Shown one piece after another: positions 1-13,459 of a stretch of DNA of 64,000 nucleotides. This DNA is from the human T2T-CHM13v2.0 reference genome, Homo sapiens. A model generated the notes under the pieces. It made no database searches. It saw only the letters and a program-made list of their open reading frames with translations, and was not told where the DNA came from. Numbering within the stretch: position 1 is the first letter of the stretch; each line of letters starts with the position of its first letter. The position numbers and the translations under genes were made by a program. The stretch lies in assembly GCF_009914755.1 (NCBI RefSeq), contig NC_060931.1; one strand, written 5' to 3'.

Positions 1-348
1 TCTTCTGGAATCTCCTGAAGAACCTGCCTGAGGATCTTCTTGCGGGGGTGTCACTCTTTTCAGAAATCTGTTCATGGTGGTTTCCTTGGGTTTGTTTCTG
101 TTTTTCATCATAGATTTGCTTGTAAGCAGATCTATGAACATTCCTCTCTAGTAATGAAAACCTTTCATTGTTGGGGTTCATGTTTTCAAACTTGTTAAGC
201 AGCTTGTTGAAGTCTGCAAAAACTTCTGCTAAACCCTTCACTGTACATTTTCTTGAGAGAATTATTCAGCTGCATTATAATCTTTTGGAACCACTGTTGT
301 ATATGTAGTCTTTGGTCGACTGAAATAATGTTATGTGGTACATGACTG
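1..348 (-). mobile_element. Tigger3 (Golem/MER7) DNA transposon, internally deleted, cut by the window edge
   Basis: The minus strand starts TA|CAGTCATGTACCACATAAC...AAGATTATAATGCAGCTGAA, then jumps to Tigger3 internal sequence (GTGAAGGGTTTAGCAGAAG...GAAAAGAGTGACACC). Confidence 0.8.
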
Positions 349-1689
349 TATCCAAATTGATGAGGTAATTCTAGTAGCTTATAAAATATCTTACATAACA
401 AGATCCATGTCATTTCCCCCTGAATCAAGGACAAAGAAGAAAAAAGGTTTGTTATTTTAAGTATAACATATAATATTCAAATGTGAATTATGTTTGATTG
501 TAGGTCAATAATTTTTGAGCCCCAGTTTCTTATGAGAATGGAATTGGTAGTGTGCCAGTTAAGGAAAATTTATGGTGACACTAGATAAACATGGCAGTAA
601 GTAGAAGCAGTTCATTTTGTATAAGTTAAATCGTTACATTTATAAATATAAAGAATAGCCATTTAACTATTTTTTATAGGTTTTTAAATTATAGTTTTTA
701 CATCTTACGTTTTAGTTGAATGTTTTACTGAAATATATTTCATGTCATAGTATAGATAAAAAAGAATTTAAGAAACCATGTCATCTAAGGATGACTTTGT
801 CTTCTCCAGGTTTCTGTCCTCAAGCGAAAAAATCTTGCCTGTTTTTAACTCTAGAAAAGTGGTTATAATTATTTGATTTTTCAGCATGCAAACTAGTAAC
901 TATTTACACATGATAGATATACTTTTTTTTTAGGTTTTTATTTTTTATTAAAACTATTAATGCACATATGGATGAAAGACTAGAGGTGCTCCCCAACTCT
1001 ATTTCTGTTTCTTCCTCCCAGGAGGCTACTACATCGAACATTTTTAGCTGACTGTTTTGGTATCATGTCAGTAAATGGTGTGCTTATGTTGCTAATTCTT
1101 ATTTTTTTGGTTTTAACCATTATGGAGGATGAGGATTTAGCTCTTTACATTTTCCTTCACCACGTATGCATATCATATACTCTTCCAATCCCTCAGTTCT
1201 TTCACCCTAATTATATTAGTAATTTTGATTAGATTAGTATTTGTTAGCAGATCCACTAGTAAATTGTAGTTGCTATTCTCTATTCCTGTATTTTCATTTT
1301 CTCAGACTTCATTTATTTGCTTCATTTTTTTGTATATGCCACTTGGCTATAATTCAACCCCGAAATCTGTGCTTGTTTTCAAAATCAACTTTCAGTGCAT
1401 TCATTCTGATTTGTCAACTTCATTTTCTTGAAGATGTCACTCCTGGAGCCTTCTAAGCTGAATACGGACTCATTTTCTGAAGCTGGTGTACACGTGTCAC
1501 CGATCTTCTTAGAAATTATCTTTGCCTTTTTCCTGAGTTGGGCCTTCTAGATCCTGTATTCTCTGTCTCCCTCTTTATGTTTTGCTTGTTTCATGCTTTG
1601 AGAGCAGCATGTCTTTTTTTTTGTTTTTGTTTTTAATCTTTCTGAGGAAAAGTGTTTGTGGTAGGTTAATTTTGTGAAACCTTATGAGC

Positions 1690-2730
1690 AAGTCTGAAAA
1701 TTATTTTTAACTATCCTCACACTTGATTGATGGTTTGGCAGGGTAAAGAATTCCTGGGGGAAATGTTTTTAAAGGCATCATTGCATCATCTTCTACCTTT
1801 AGATGTCATCATTGAGCCATTCAGAATCATTCCTGATTCTTGACACGTGATTTTTTTCTTTTTTCTCAGTATTCTGATATTTCACAACAAAATATCTTAA
1901 TATGAGTCCATTTTCATCTGTTTTGCTGGGTGCTCAGTGTACTCCAGCAACTTACATCTTTCATTTCTGGAAAATGTTAAATATTTCATTATTGTTTTTC
2001 TCCCCTCCATTTTGTCTCTCCTTTCTTTCCAAAACCCATCTGGTTTAGATGCCCTCTAATCAGGTTCTCTAATTTTCTTCTGTTTTTCTACTCCTGTGCT
2101 TTTCTACTTTTTGTGGTATTTCCTCACATTTACCTTCCATGATTTCCATTGAATTTTTTCTTTCTGCTTTTGTATTTTTATTTTCTAAGAGCTCTTTTGT
2201 TTCCTCTGTAACTATCTTATTCTAGTTTCATGAGTATGATATTCTTCTTTTTCTTTGATAATTTTTATAACTGTTTCTTTTTTCAACCTGAGTAGTTTTT
2301 ACCTATTTGTTTATTTTAATCTCTTTCATTTACTAGGCTTTTCTCAGCTATCCAGTATCCCAAGATTCTTAGCTCATTAAGAGTGGGGGACTAAAAACCT
2401 GATGCTCTGATTTCATGTTGAATGTCACTGTAGCTAGTTTGTAGCTGGGTTATTTGGGGGTAATACCTGATCTTCATGTCTGTGTCTTTCTTGTTGACTG
2501 GTCATATTCTGTAGACTATGAAGAAGACTTCACATCTGCCTGGAAAGTAAAGACCAAGCTGAAGGCTTCAGATAGTCAGGAGGGAGAATCAGGTGGAGGG
2601 GTTTGTATCAGCATTTAATAATCCTGTCTTCTATATTATTTCATTGTCTTTGGTCGAGAGGTACCTCTTATCTTACTCTCTCCAGAAAATAAGCCCCTAG
2701 TTTTCAGTTCTGTGTAGTGGAGGAAGGTGG
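1690..2730 (-). mobile_element. Ancient L1M (L1ME-like) ORF1/5' fragment
   Basis: T-rich degenerate antisense L1 ORF1-like sequence. Boundaries approximate. Confidence 0.5.
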
Positions 2731-2731
2731 G

Positions 2732-3081
2732 TGATATGGTTTGGCTTTCTGTCCCCACCCAAATCTCATCTTGAATTGTAATCCCATAATTCCCACATGT
2801 CATGGGAGGGACCTGGTGGGAGGTAATTGAATCATGAGGGTGGTTTCCTGTTCTCTTGATAGTAAATGAGTTCTCACAAGATCTGATGGTTATATAAGCA
2901 TCTGGTATTTTCCCTGCTGCCACTCATTCTCTTTCCTGCTGCCCTGTGAAGAGGTGCCTTCCACCATGATTGTAAGTTTCCTGAGGCTGGGGAGCCATGT
3001 GGAACTGTGAGTCAATTAAACCTCTTTTCTTCATAAATTACCCAGTCTTGGGTCATACCAGCATGGGAACAGACTAATACA
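2732..3081 (+). mobile_element. THE1 (C/D-like) solo LTR, MaLR
   Basis: Starts TGATATGGTTTGGCT...CCCACCCAAATCTCATCTTGAATTGTA, has ATTAAACCTCTTTTC, ends GACTAATACA. Confidence 0.9.
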
Positions 3082-3228
3082 GTAAGAAGGCATCCCTCTG
3101 TAAACCAGGAAGTGAGCCAGCACCTTGATCTTGGACTTCCCAGCCTTCAGACCTGTGAGAAATAAATTTCTGTCATTTAAGCTACCCAGGCTATATTTTT
3201 GTCATAGCAGCCTGAATTAACTGAGACA
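3082..3228 (+). mobile_element. MLT1A-like LTR, 3' half
   Basis: GCACCTTGATCTTGGACTTCCCAGCC...GTGAGAAATAAATTTCTG...GAGACA terminus. Confidence 0.8.
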
Positions 3229-4214
3229 GTGAGCTTAGGACTAGCTGAGAAAACCAGCAGCTTTGCTGCCCAAAAGTTGTGGAGTGACTTGATTCAGGCT
3301 AGGGAAGAAAGAGAAGACACACAAACTAAACCTGTGACTTTGCTGGTGAAAAGTGGTGGATTTGGTTGGAAACAAATAGAGAAAACCTGCTGCTGTGCTA
3401 ATTTGACATTGTGGACCAGCAGAAATTTAATAGGGAAATCCTAGAAATGAGAGAGCCATGGAAGGGTTAAGATGAGCTCTCCACATAGAGACCCAGGAGA
3501 GCCTGGAAAAAAGTGAAAGCTGATGGGGACTTGACAACTGGCTGCAACTTTGAATGCATTTCCCAGTCCATCACAGCTCAACTCACTGAGAGTGAAGTCT
3601 TAAAAGCTTGAGGTTTTTGAACACAGCCGTTGCTGATTTGTCCACAACATTGGCTCAAATGGCTGTTGGAGCACAATATTGGTCCATCATTAAGCTTTAC
3701 AGACATAGGTACAACCCCAAGAGAGTCAGACTAAAATGTAAAAATAAGAATTAAAATATTAAACGGATGTCCTGACAGCATACCTTGGAGGGAAACAGAT
3801 TCTGCAGTTTAAGTCTAGACCAATTATTTAAAAACTCAAACTCTGAAAAAAAAATAATAAATCTAGAGTTACTGTTAAGGGTTCCATATTCAACCCCAAA
3901 CTGCTAGACATGGCAAAGAAAAGAAATACCAGGAAAATGTGAGTCATCATCAGGAAAAATAGTCAATAAAACGGACTCTGACTGGGCTCAGTGTTGGATT
4001 TAATGAAGACTTCAAATTGGCTATTTAGAATATATTGAAAGAATTAAAGGAAAATACAGTCTGGGCATTGTGACATGTGCCTGTAGTCCCAGCTACACAG
4101 GAGGCTGAGGTGGGAGGATTACTTGAGCCCGGTAGTTCAAGACTATGATCACACCTGTGAATACCCACATCAGTCTAGCCTGGGCAGTAAAGACCCTGTT
4201 TCTTTCAAGAAAAG

Positions 4215-4245
<31 letters not shown>

Positions 4246-4600
4246 ATATGTGAACAAGATGCTAACAGGACACAATAAATAGAGAACCTCAGTAAAGAAG
4301 CAAACTCAAAAAGAACCAAGTAGAGATTTTAGATTTGAAAAGCACAGTATTTGAAATGAAAATTTCATTGGATAGGCTCAACAGATTTAAGATGGCAGAG
4401 AAAATGTGAAGATCAATAAAAAGTATTCCAACAAGAGAAAGAAAAGAGATTTGTAAGAATAGGGAACAAAGCCTTGGAGACATGTGGGACAATGTCAAAC
4501 ATTCCAACACACATGTAATGGGAGTTTCAGACAGAAAGGAAAGAGAGAGACAGAAAAAAATATTTGAAGTAATAGTGGCCCCAAACCATCTCAAAGTTTT
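3229..4600 (+). mobile_element. Old L1M 5'UTR/ORF1 fragment, interrupted by an Alu monomer
   Basis: ORF1-like A-rich sequence (GGATAGGCTCAACAGATT...AATGGGAGTTTCAGA...GAAAAAAATATTTGAAG). Confidence 0.7.
4059..4240 (+). mobile_element. Free Alu monomer (FAM-like) with A tail
   Basis: CCTGTAGTCCCAGCTAC...ATGATCACACCTGTGAATA...AGCCTGGGC followed by poly(A). Confidence 0.75.
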
Positions 4601-4658
4601 ACTAAATTCTGGTAGAAAATAAAACTTAAAAAGAATTTCAGTAAGATGAAATAAGCAC

Positions 4659-4864
4659 ACTATACCCTAACTTGGCAGAGACAGTGAGCTCTGGTCCTTT
4701 CAGCTTCTGATAAGGGCATTCCTGCCAAGATGGGGGCTCCACCCTCATGACCTAGTCTAACCCTAATCACCTCCCCAAAGACTCCACCTCCAAATACCAT
4801 CCCACTGGGAATTAGGGTTTTAGCATATGAATCTGGGAGGGACACAAACGCCTAGGCCATAGCA
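4659..4864 (-). mobile_element. MLT1A-like LTR, 5' half (opposite strand to its 3' half)
   Basis: The minus strand begins TGCTATGG...TGTCCCTCCCAGATTCATATGCTAAAACCCTAA...GGTATTTGGAGGTGG...GGTCATGAGGGTGGAGCCC. Confidence 0.8.
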
Positions 4865-5573
4865 CTGATCAAGCTTCGGTTATCACCAACTGAGCTGGGG
4901 CCCTGGGGAGGTACATGGGGACAGCCCCAGGCAAGAAGGCCACAGAGTCACACTGTTCTTACCTCAAGCTCTAGCAGTTTTGCCAGAATAAATGTGCCTC
5001 ATTTTTATAACGGCCTTTGGGCAATTTTCAGCACCCTTAAAAGACTGCCTTTGATGATGCTGTCCAGTTTTATATTTGCTTTTTTGCAGAGGGGAACTGC
5101 CAATCTCTTCATGCCAATATTATCAGAAATTGAGTAATGTTTGTAATAAAAGATTTTCAACATTTTACTATTACTAAACTTTCATAGTCACAACTTTGTT
5201 ATCAAGTGAAAGAAATCATTGTGATATGGGCAATATTGTTTCTAATGATGAAATTCATTAGGATGTTCACTGCAGCATTTCTTGAAGACATGGGAAAAAT
5301 AGAAACAACTGCCATGTTCCTCAGACGCTAAATAAACTACACTCATCCTATGAATCTGCAACAACTAAAAGAATAACATGGTTTCATATGTACTAATGTG
5401 AAATGTTCTCCAAAATACATTTTTCTGTGGGAAAATAAGTTTCATATATCACTGATATAGTAAGATATTACTTATATAAATACAGTAACACATTATGTTT
5501 TAGATATTTATATAAGTATAGAAATGAAGCATATATCTTCATATTTTCTACAGATACAAATATGTAAATATGT

Positions 5574-5642
5574 AAGAATAGGTCTATAAAGACATAAAGA
5601 ATAGGTCTATAAAGACATAAAGAATAGGTCTATAAACACATA
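5574..5642. repeat. Tandem repeat, 3 x 23 bp (AAGAATAGGTCTATAAAGACATA)
   Basis: Copies at 5574, 5597 and 5620, with one substitution in the third. Confidence 0.95.
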
Positions 5643-6596
5643 AAAACAAAGTATAACATGCATTACCCCTAGGGAAAGAGCAGAGATGGAAAGCTGGCCA
5701 AGTTAAAAAGGCTCTTGTCTCTATCCAGTAATACCTGAAATTTTTTACAAAATTAATTTATGTATACCTGTGTAATAAAACAATAATTTAACAAATGGAT
5801 TGCCCAAGCTATCAGCTATGTATATGGAAAGTCAACATCATGAGGATTCCTAGAAGTTTCTATACAAATTCACAGAGATTAAAGAAAACCATTTGATGAA
5901 ATAAAATTAAGCACCCTTATATAAAAGATTTTATTAGGTGAAACATGCTTGGCATCATTTCTCAAGTCATGGATTTGTCAACCCAAAGATGATCTCCTTA
6001 TATAGAACATTTCATCTTTTAAAATCCCATGACTTATATGTTAGTTTGTGCTTTTTATCATGGATTTCTTTCCTAGTAGTAAGCCATTTCAGTATGTGTC
6101 ACATTCAATAATATCTTTTAATAACTTTAACAGGTGCATTTCAAGTTACAAGATTTCTTTATGCCTACAGTTAAGAATTACTATGAATGAAACTTATTAA
6201 CAATTACTCTTAATTCTTTAAATCGTCATCTTATGAATCAAGTATTTTCTGCTAGAAATACTTTACCCTAATTACAACCTTCATAGATTGTAAAAAGGAA
6301 ACAGACTCCAAGACACTGTGGCAATAAATGGAAATAATTTGTCTTCCACAGTTCTTTTAAGAAGAAAATGATTTTATAGGTGATAGGAGAGGGCCTTGAG
6401 ATACTATGTCAAAGTGAATTTAAGTACTATCTTTATATTTTGAGCTCTGGCTTTTCATATTCTAGCATTTGTTGTTGAGATTAGTTTTTCACTGACACTT
6501 TGAAAAATTAGTCAGAAAGAGATGGTTGATGAGTTGCAGAATATAGATAAAATAGAATAGCATTTATGTTTTTAGTAAAGTAGGCATTTAATTAGG

Positions 6597-6738
6597 TTTT
6601 TTTTTGTTTCATTTTGTTTTTTTGAGATGGGGTCTTGCTATGTTGCCCAGACTGGTTTTGAATTTGGGCTTAAGCAATCCTCCTGCCTCAGCCTCCCAAA
6701 GTTCTAGGATTATAGGAATGAGCCACTGCTCCTGGCCT
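6597..6738 (-). mobile_element. Alu left monomer (FLAM-like)
   Basis: Poly-T, then GAGATGGGGTCTTGCTATGTTGCCCAG...CCTCAGCCTCCCAAAG...CCTGGCC. Confidence 0.85.
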
Positions 6739-6754
6739 ATTTACTTTTATTATA

Positions 6755-7093
6755 CAGGTTGAGTATCCCTAATCTGAAATGCTTGGAACCAGAAGTGTTT
6801 CAGATTTGGGATTTTTCTGGATTTTGGAATATTTGCAAATACATAATAAGTTGTCTGGGGAGAGGACCCAAGTCTAAACATAAAATTCATTTATGCTTCA
6901 TGTACACTTTGTGTACATAGCATGAAAGTACTTTTATATAGTGCTTTTAATTTTGTGCATGAAACAAAGTTTTGACTATGACCTGTCACATGAGGTCAGG
7001 TGTGGAATTTTCCACTTGTGGTGTCCTGTTGGTGCGCAAGAAATTTTGGAGTTGGGAGCATTTCAGATTTTTGGATTAGAGATGTTCAACCTG
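6755..7093. mobile_element. Tigger4-family MITE (MER46/Zombi)
   Basis: TIRs CAGGTTGAGTATCCCTAATC ... GATTAGAGATGTTCAACCTG, flanked by TA on both sides. Confidence 0.85.
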
Positions 7094-7457
7094 TATAACC
7101 TTATGAGTTGTATCAATGTCATTTATATTTTTCAGGTAAGAAGATAGATGTGTGGTTAGATTTTTTAAAAATACTACATTGGGGAAAATGAGATTATAAT
7201 TCAGAATTTAGTTTTTACTCTATTTAATCACTCCTTTTGCCACACATGTCCTCAGCATTTATACTGGAGTGTTTTATGAAGCAATTCATTATTATTATTC
7301 TAACATATAATGAAATGAAGCCCTCTTAATGAAAATGTCATTGCTACAACCTGTTTAAAGGACAGTATGACAGTATCTGACAATTGAAAAATCATGTATC
7401 CTTTGATCTAGGAATTCTACTTTTAGCTCTTAGTGTTTACTTGCTAATGTATGTGTA

Positions 7458-7690
7458 TCTCTCTCTCTCTCTCTCTGAACACACACATGATATATATGTG
7501 TATATATATGTGTATATATGTGTGTGTATATATACACGTGTATATATGTATGTGTATATATACATATATGTGTGTATATATACATATATGTGTGTGTATA
7601 TATACATATATATGTGTGTATATATACATATATGTATGTATATGTATGCGTATGTATACACACACATATACATATGTGTGTGTATGTGTA
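7458..7690. repeat. Compound microsatellite: (CT)n, then about 200 bp of TA/TG/CA purine-pyrimidine alternation
   Basis: Directly visible. It generates the six overlapping spurious ORFs at 7384-7835. Confidence 0.95.
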
Positions 7691-8614
7691 TTTGTTTTTG
7701 GATGCTGATTGCCACACTAATTACAACTGCAGAAATGGAAGCAGCCTGTATGTCTTTCAGTAGAGGACAGACGAGATAAATTTTGATGCATGCATACAAT
7801 GAAGTACTAGGTATCTCTAAAAGAATGAGCTTCAATATGGAAAAATCACTAAGATTTTATTAAACAATTGCATTCATGTAAATAAAAATTGATGTATTCA
7901 ATTTTGTCTGAAAGTTTTGTGTAAATTTGTCTAAAAGGCTAGAAAGAGACTTCTTTAGGGGAGAAGATCAGTTTTTGTTTTTTGATTTTTAAATATTTCA
8001 ATGTAATTAGACTACATCTTTTACCACATACATGTGTGTTTATATACACATACATACACATATTTATATACATATGTGTGAACCTGTAATGGATTTTTTT
8101 AAATGTTATATGTAAAGGTTTTTTTACTCACTGTTCATCACAACTTTGGAGTCTACTCCATTATCTCCTGTTGTTCAGTACTATCAGTAATAAATGTCAT
8201 GCAGGTTTGATTATTGTTCCTTTTACATTAACATTTTTCTTTCTGGAAATCCCCATTTTTTTATGTTTTAAACATTCTGAGGTTTCACTTAGTGTTTCTA
8301 GATTTGGGCCATTTTCATTCCATCTGCTCTGCACATGGTAGACCCCTTCATTCTAAAGTTTTCTGTGTCATTTAAACTCAAATACATTTTCTTCTATTAC
8401 TTCTTCAACTATTTCCTCTCACACTTATTCTATTCTTGTCTTATGAAACTCTTAATAGGTAGTGTTGGATTTGCTTCTGGGTTCTAACTTTACTCATATT
8501 TGTCATCTTTGTTCTGCATTTGGAAGATTAACTTGACTTGATTTTCTGGATTAGCAGTTTCAACTTTATTCTGTCATTTAGTCTGCTGTTACATTTTAAT
8601 TTTAATTTTAATTT

Positions 8615-8905
8615 TTGTTTTTATTTTAGAAACAGTGTCTTGCTGTTACCTAGTAGCACAGTCACAGCTCACTATAACCTTGAACTCTTTGGCTCAAGTG
8701 ATTCTGCTGTCTCAGCCTCCCAAGTATCTGGGACTACAGGCACATTGCCACCATGCCCAGCTAACTAATTTATTTATATTTTCTTTTTGTAGAGATGAGG
8801 TCTTTCTCTATTGCCCAGGCTGGTCTCAAATTCCTGGCCTTAAGCCATCCTCCCACCTCAGCCTCCTGAAATGCTGGCATTACAGGTGTGAGGCAGCATG
8901 GCCAA
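8615..8905 (-). mobile_element. Old Alu (AluJ-like)
   Basis: Diverged dimeric Alu: CACAGCTCACT...CTCAGCCTCCCAAGTA...TTTTGTAGAGATGAGGTCT...TTACAGGTGTGAG. Confidence 0.85.
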
Positions 8906-10144
8906 CCTTAGATTTAAATTTGACAATAATGTTTTTAAGTGCCAGGAACTTTCTTATTTTTTGGTTGCTCCTTTGCTTCCTTTTAGTGACTTGTTCTTTT
9001 ATGAACACAGTAGCTTCTCACATATCTCTCAGAATGCTAACAAAAATAAAATGTTAAAATTCTCTTCTATTCTCAGCACCATCTGTTTTTCCCCCAGTTT
9101 AGTTTGCTTAGTTTACCCGCTGTCACTGATGTTTTCTTCAAATGCCTGGTGATATAATTGCTGAGTTTTATTTATAAATGAAGGACTAGGGTGATGATTC
9201 AGGATTATATCTGATGAGGATTTCCTCTGTATTTGTGTAGGCTGCTCCTCCCCTCCTCCCACCAGCCTTCTACCTGGAATGGGACGTCATGGTCAGGCAC
9301 TGAGTAAGTGGTGGGTTTGTCCTCAGGCAGACTGCTGCTTCAGATTTATAGGCAGAGAGCAGGTGGGAGCCCTTAAAATAACTAAATTAAGAAGGAAGAG
9401 TACTCTGGATATGGGACATATTAGGGTAAGGCTTTGAGTGGAAGAACAGAAGGGAAGAAAATGGCACCACCCCTAGAGTTACTGGGAAATGTATTAAGGG
9501 GAACTTTTGGTTGTTATAACACCTGTGGAAGACAACAGCCGTTTGATGAAAAAAGGAATTTTTTTCTCCCTAAGTGCCAGTGGTTTCCTGTTTGAAAAAC
9601 CCTGCTTTAGTGCATTCACTCCTAGGCAATCTCCCTTCCTCCATCCCTCCTCCTCTAGTGTCCTTTGCAAAGAACGAGATCTACCTCAGCCTCTACTCTC
9701 TTTTTTTTCAGGCTCCCACATCCCCATTCAGAGCCCTCCCCAAAGAGAACAAACCCCCACTGTCTTTGGAAAGAAGTTTGTGGTATTTAGTCAGGCCAAA
9801 ATGTGGGCTCTTCTATATGCGATTCCTTAATGGCCTGGAATGACTGCCCCTCCACTGTGCCTGCACTTTGTTGTTGTTGTTGACTCCAAGCTTGAATTTT
9901 CTCTAGGAATGGTTTAGGAAATTCAGCTCTACATTTGTTTTAAGGCTTTAAATACTGATCATAAATTCAGTGTTTTTAAGATGAATTCAGTTTAGTTTTT
10001 TCCACTAGGATACTTCCAGTGGTGTGTCCCCGTGTGTCTCATGTTCTTAACACCCCACCAAACCCATCAAATAAAGAGTTAACTGCTTTCCCTTATTTCC
10101 ACAATACTAATAATGCAGTAGGAAGTATTGTTCTAGGAGTTTTC

Positions 10145-10300
10145 CATGTATTATTTAGCAATAACAAACCTGTGAGTTAGATACCATTGTCATTCCCCCA
10201 TTTAACAGGTGAAAGAAACCCACTTTAGGAGGGTAAGTAATTTACCCGGGTTTTCAGGACTAGTTAAGTGGTAGAATGCAGGTTCTTTACCACTGTGCTG
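10145..10300 (-). mobile_element. MIR fragment
   Basis: AACCTGTGAG...CCCATTTAACAGGTGAAAGAAAC...AGTAATTTACCC...CTAGTTAAGTGGTAGA. Confidence 0.6.
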
Positions 10301-13300
10301 TATCACCTTTTTCTGTGATTACTTTATGATGATCTTATCACCAGTTTCATACATGTGTTTATACATTTTGGTCTACTCTAATAAATTTGAGTTTTTGGGG
10401 AACAGATGGTTTGTCCATATATTTTCTTCAACATCTAACCACGTGCATAGCGTCTAGCTGTGAGTAAATACCTATGGAATTAGCTGTGCGCAAAGTCCTA
10501 CTTTTCTTTGATTCAATGAAATATTACTAAATTACAGTTTCAAGATAGTAGTTTGAGAGGGAAGATATGGATAGCATATTGTCAGTTTATAGAAAATTAT
10601 TTTTATTGATTTAATGTTTTAAGTGAACTCTGGTTATGGTCAAATCAGTATGTGAAAATAGTTGCATCAAAATTTAATCTTAAGAAAATGAAATTTCAGT
10701 CAGTTCTTTTTTCTTTATCATCTCTTGGAAATGTACTTTACAAAATAATGTTGCTGCTGTATTGCAAAAACCTTAGAAATAGTGCAGATGACTTTTAAGT
10801 GCTTCCTTTAAGAAAATACTTAAAAATAATGCATAGAATGAGATTTTGTTTTTCATTTCATGGATACTGTAAGTTATGCAACATGGATCTGGTGAAATAA
10901 TTATTTTATCTGTAAAATATAAGAGCAGAAGTAATTTTTAACATCTTATGAATGCTTAATTTAGCTGTCATATTTTCAATGGAAATTCAGTTTGTTGAAT
11001 TAAATGGGTGTGAACCTATCACCTAATGTAGTTACAAAAGGATTTTTAATATTAAAATAGGCACGGCCTAGTATATTAAGAATAGCTCATTTACTTACAG
11101 TTCTAAACCTGGGTAGAAATGCTTTTGTAAAACAATTGTTACAGAAAACTTCTGGGGCAGAATATAGGCGAATAAATAACACTTTTATTACATTTCCTTA
11201 ACATAATAAACTGTATTGTAGACAGCTAGAAATACATTTATAGGCAGGAAGTATTACCGTAAAAGCTTGCCATTTTAGTAGACTAAAGATGCCACTTCTA
11301 TCTTTATGCCTTGTTATGCAATTCACGGGAAGTTGATAGCTTTAAGAGTACTACTCTATAAACAATATCACCTTTTGCTGCTTCCAAGTATTACACAATT
11401 TTATTTATAAATAGTAATATGTACATTTAAAACTATTCTTGATTTTGGTAACAGAAAAATGTAACATTTTTGTGACTGTGAAACTATGCCACCAAGAAGT
11501 AATGATGTCCCAGATGTGGCCTAGTTGTTGGGGATGCAAAGATGATTTCTGCACTCATAAAACTTAGAGTTTAGAAAGGAAGTTGCACATTAAATACCAA
11601 AAAATTTAATTATATAGGTTTATCAGAATTATGAAGTATAGAGTACTATGAAAGTATGTCTTAGGAGAAGTTATCCTAATTAGGGCAGTTAGGGACATTG
11701 ATATTTTGCCCTTAAAGAATGAGTGTGAATTAGGTATGCAAAGATGGTTGTGTATAGGTGGTGGTAAGTGCAGGGAGGGTTTTGCATCAGGGCTGGGGTA
11801 ATACTGGTATGTTTAAAGCTGTGGGAGTGGTGCAAATTGAATCTAGCAATATATTAAAATGCTTATAAGCCATAAAATCACATTTTAATTCCTCATAAGT
11901 TATATGTAGATACCAGGCTGTTGGGGTAGTCTGGGTACGATATGATAATGGCAAGGACTCATTAGGGGGTGATGGAAAGAAACTGATAGATTCTAGATTC
12001 TAGAAATATTTACGAGGTAGAATTTACTGCTTCTTTGCTGTGTCTGTTTCTACTCCTACCACTTTTAAGCTTTGAAATACTTTTGAATATTTTTGTACAG
12101 TGTTTCTCTTTAGCTATTCCCTTTGTTCATGTGGTTTTTTGCCTTAATACTTTGCTGCTGTTTTAATAGAGATTGTGAAGAAAAAGAATATAAACTCAGG
12201 TAGTCAATCTAACATATTTTACTGAACCCTAGGCCCACTGATTTGAAATGTCACCTTTATTGTATATTGTTTCATTTAACTACTCTGAAGATTTGTCTGT
12301 TCCTATGATAATACTGCACTATTTGAATATACAGTGTTTTTACAGTTGATAGCAGGTACCTCCTTGACATTTATGCTTTCCTAAAAAATCATGTTGGCTA
12401 GTTTTACGTACTTTCTTTTTCAGGTAAATTTTAGGATAAATTTACCCAAAATGCTTTTGGGATTTCTATTAGGATTTATTCATTTTTTTTTAAAGAATAA
12501 TTTGGAGAGAATTGGCATTTTTACGTTATTGGATCTTCTTACCTCAGAACACGGCTTCTCCATTTAATCAATTTATTTTAAATGTCTCAGCATAATTTTA
12601 ATAATTTTCATATCTGTCTGAACATTTTAGTCTTATTTGGTTATTACGATTATTTAGGAAAACTGTTGATTTTTCTGTGTTGCTCTTATTTATAGTCAGC
12701 CAAACTCTCATAAATAACTTTACTAATTTTTTCACTGATTTCTTCAGACCTTTCTGCAGTTCTTGAGAATGCACTTATATCATCTGCATTTCTTAAAATG
12801 CTATGTCTTACTACATTACTTAAAACTTAAACTACAAGTTTGAAAAGTAGTCATCGTAGTGGGCATTCTTGTCTAGTCCCTGACTTAATAGTAAAGCTTC
12901 TGACATTTCTCCATTAAATGTGATGCTTCCTATAGAACCTGGTATAAAATGACTCTTATTTCCTTCTGTTTTTACTAAGGTAAGGTTTTTTCCATCAGAA
13001 TTGGGATTTGAATTCTATCTGATATATCTTAAGCATTGAGATGAGTTTGGGTTTTTTCCTTATTCTATGATATTATATTAAATTACATTATAATTTTTTA
13101 ACTAAGTTTTGAAGTCTATGTAGAAATTGGAAAGCTTTCAGTCTTTTCTGTTTTGTTTTAAAAATGAATTATCTCCATCTTAAAGGTTTGATAGACTTTA
13201 TTCTTAAATCTCTCCAGATCTCATGCCTTTTTTTAAAGAGAGGACCCTTGGAAATCTTTCAGTTTCTTCTATTTGATCTATTTCATTTTTTACTTCTTTC

Positions 13301-13459
13301 TTTGATAATTGACATTTTCTTAGAAAATCACCTACTTGACTAGATTTTTAAAATAAAGTTGTTCATTGTATTCTTAAAAGAGATTTAAAAATCTCTATAC
13401 CTACAGTTATTTTCTCATCTCGTTTCTAATGTTATTTGTGTCTTGCCTTTTTTTAATTA

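Noticed and set aside
7384-7835. Six overlapping ORFs of 73-132 aa
   Set aside because: They are translations of a stop-poor dinucleotide microsatellite (Y/I/C/V/H/T low complexity).
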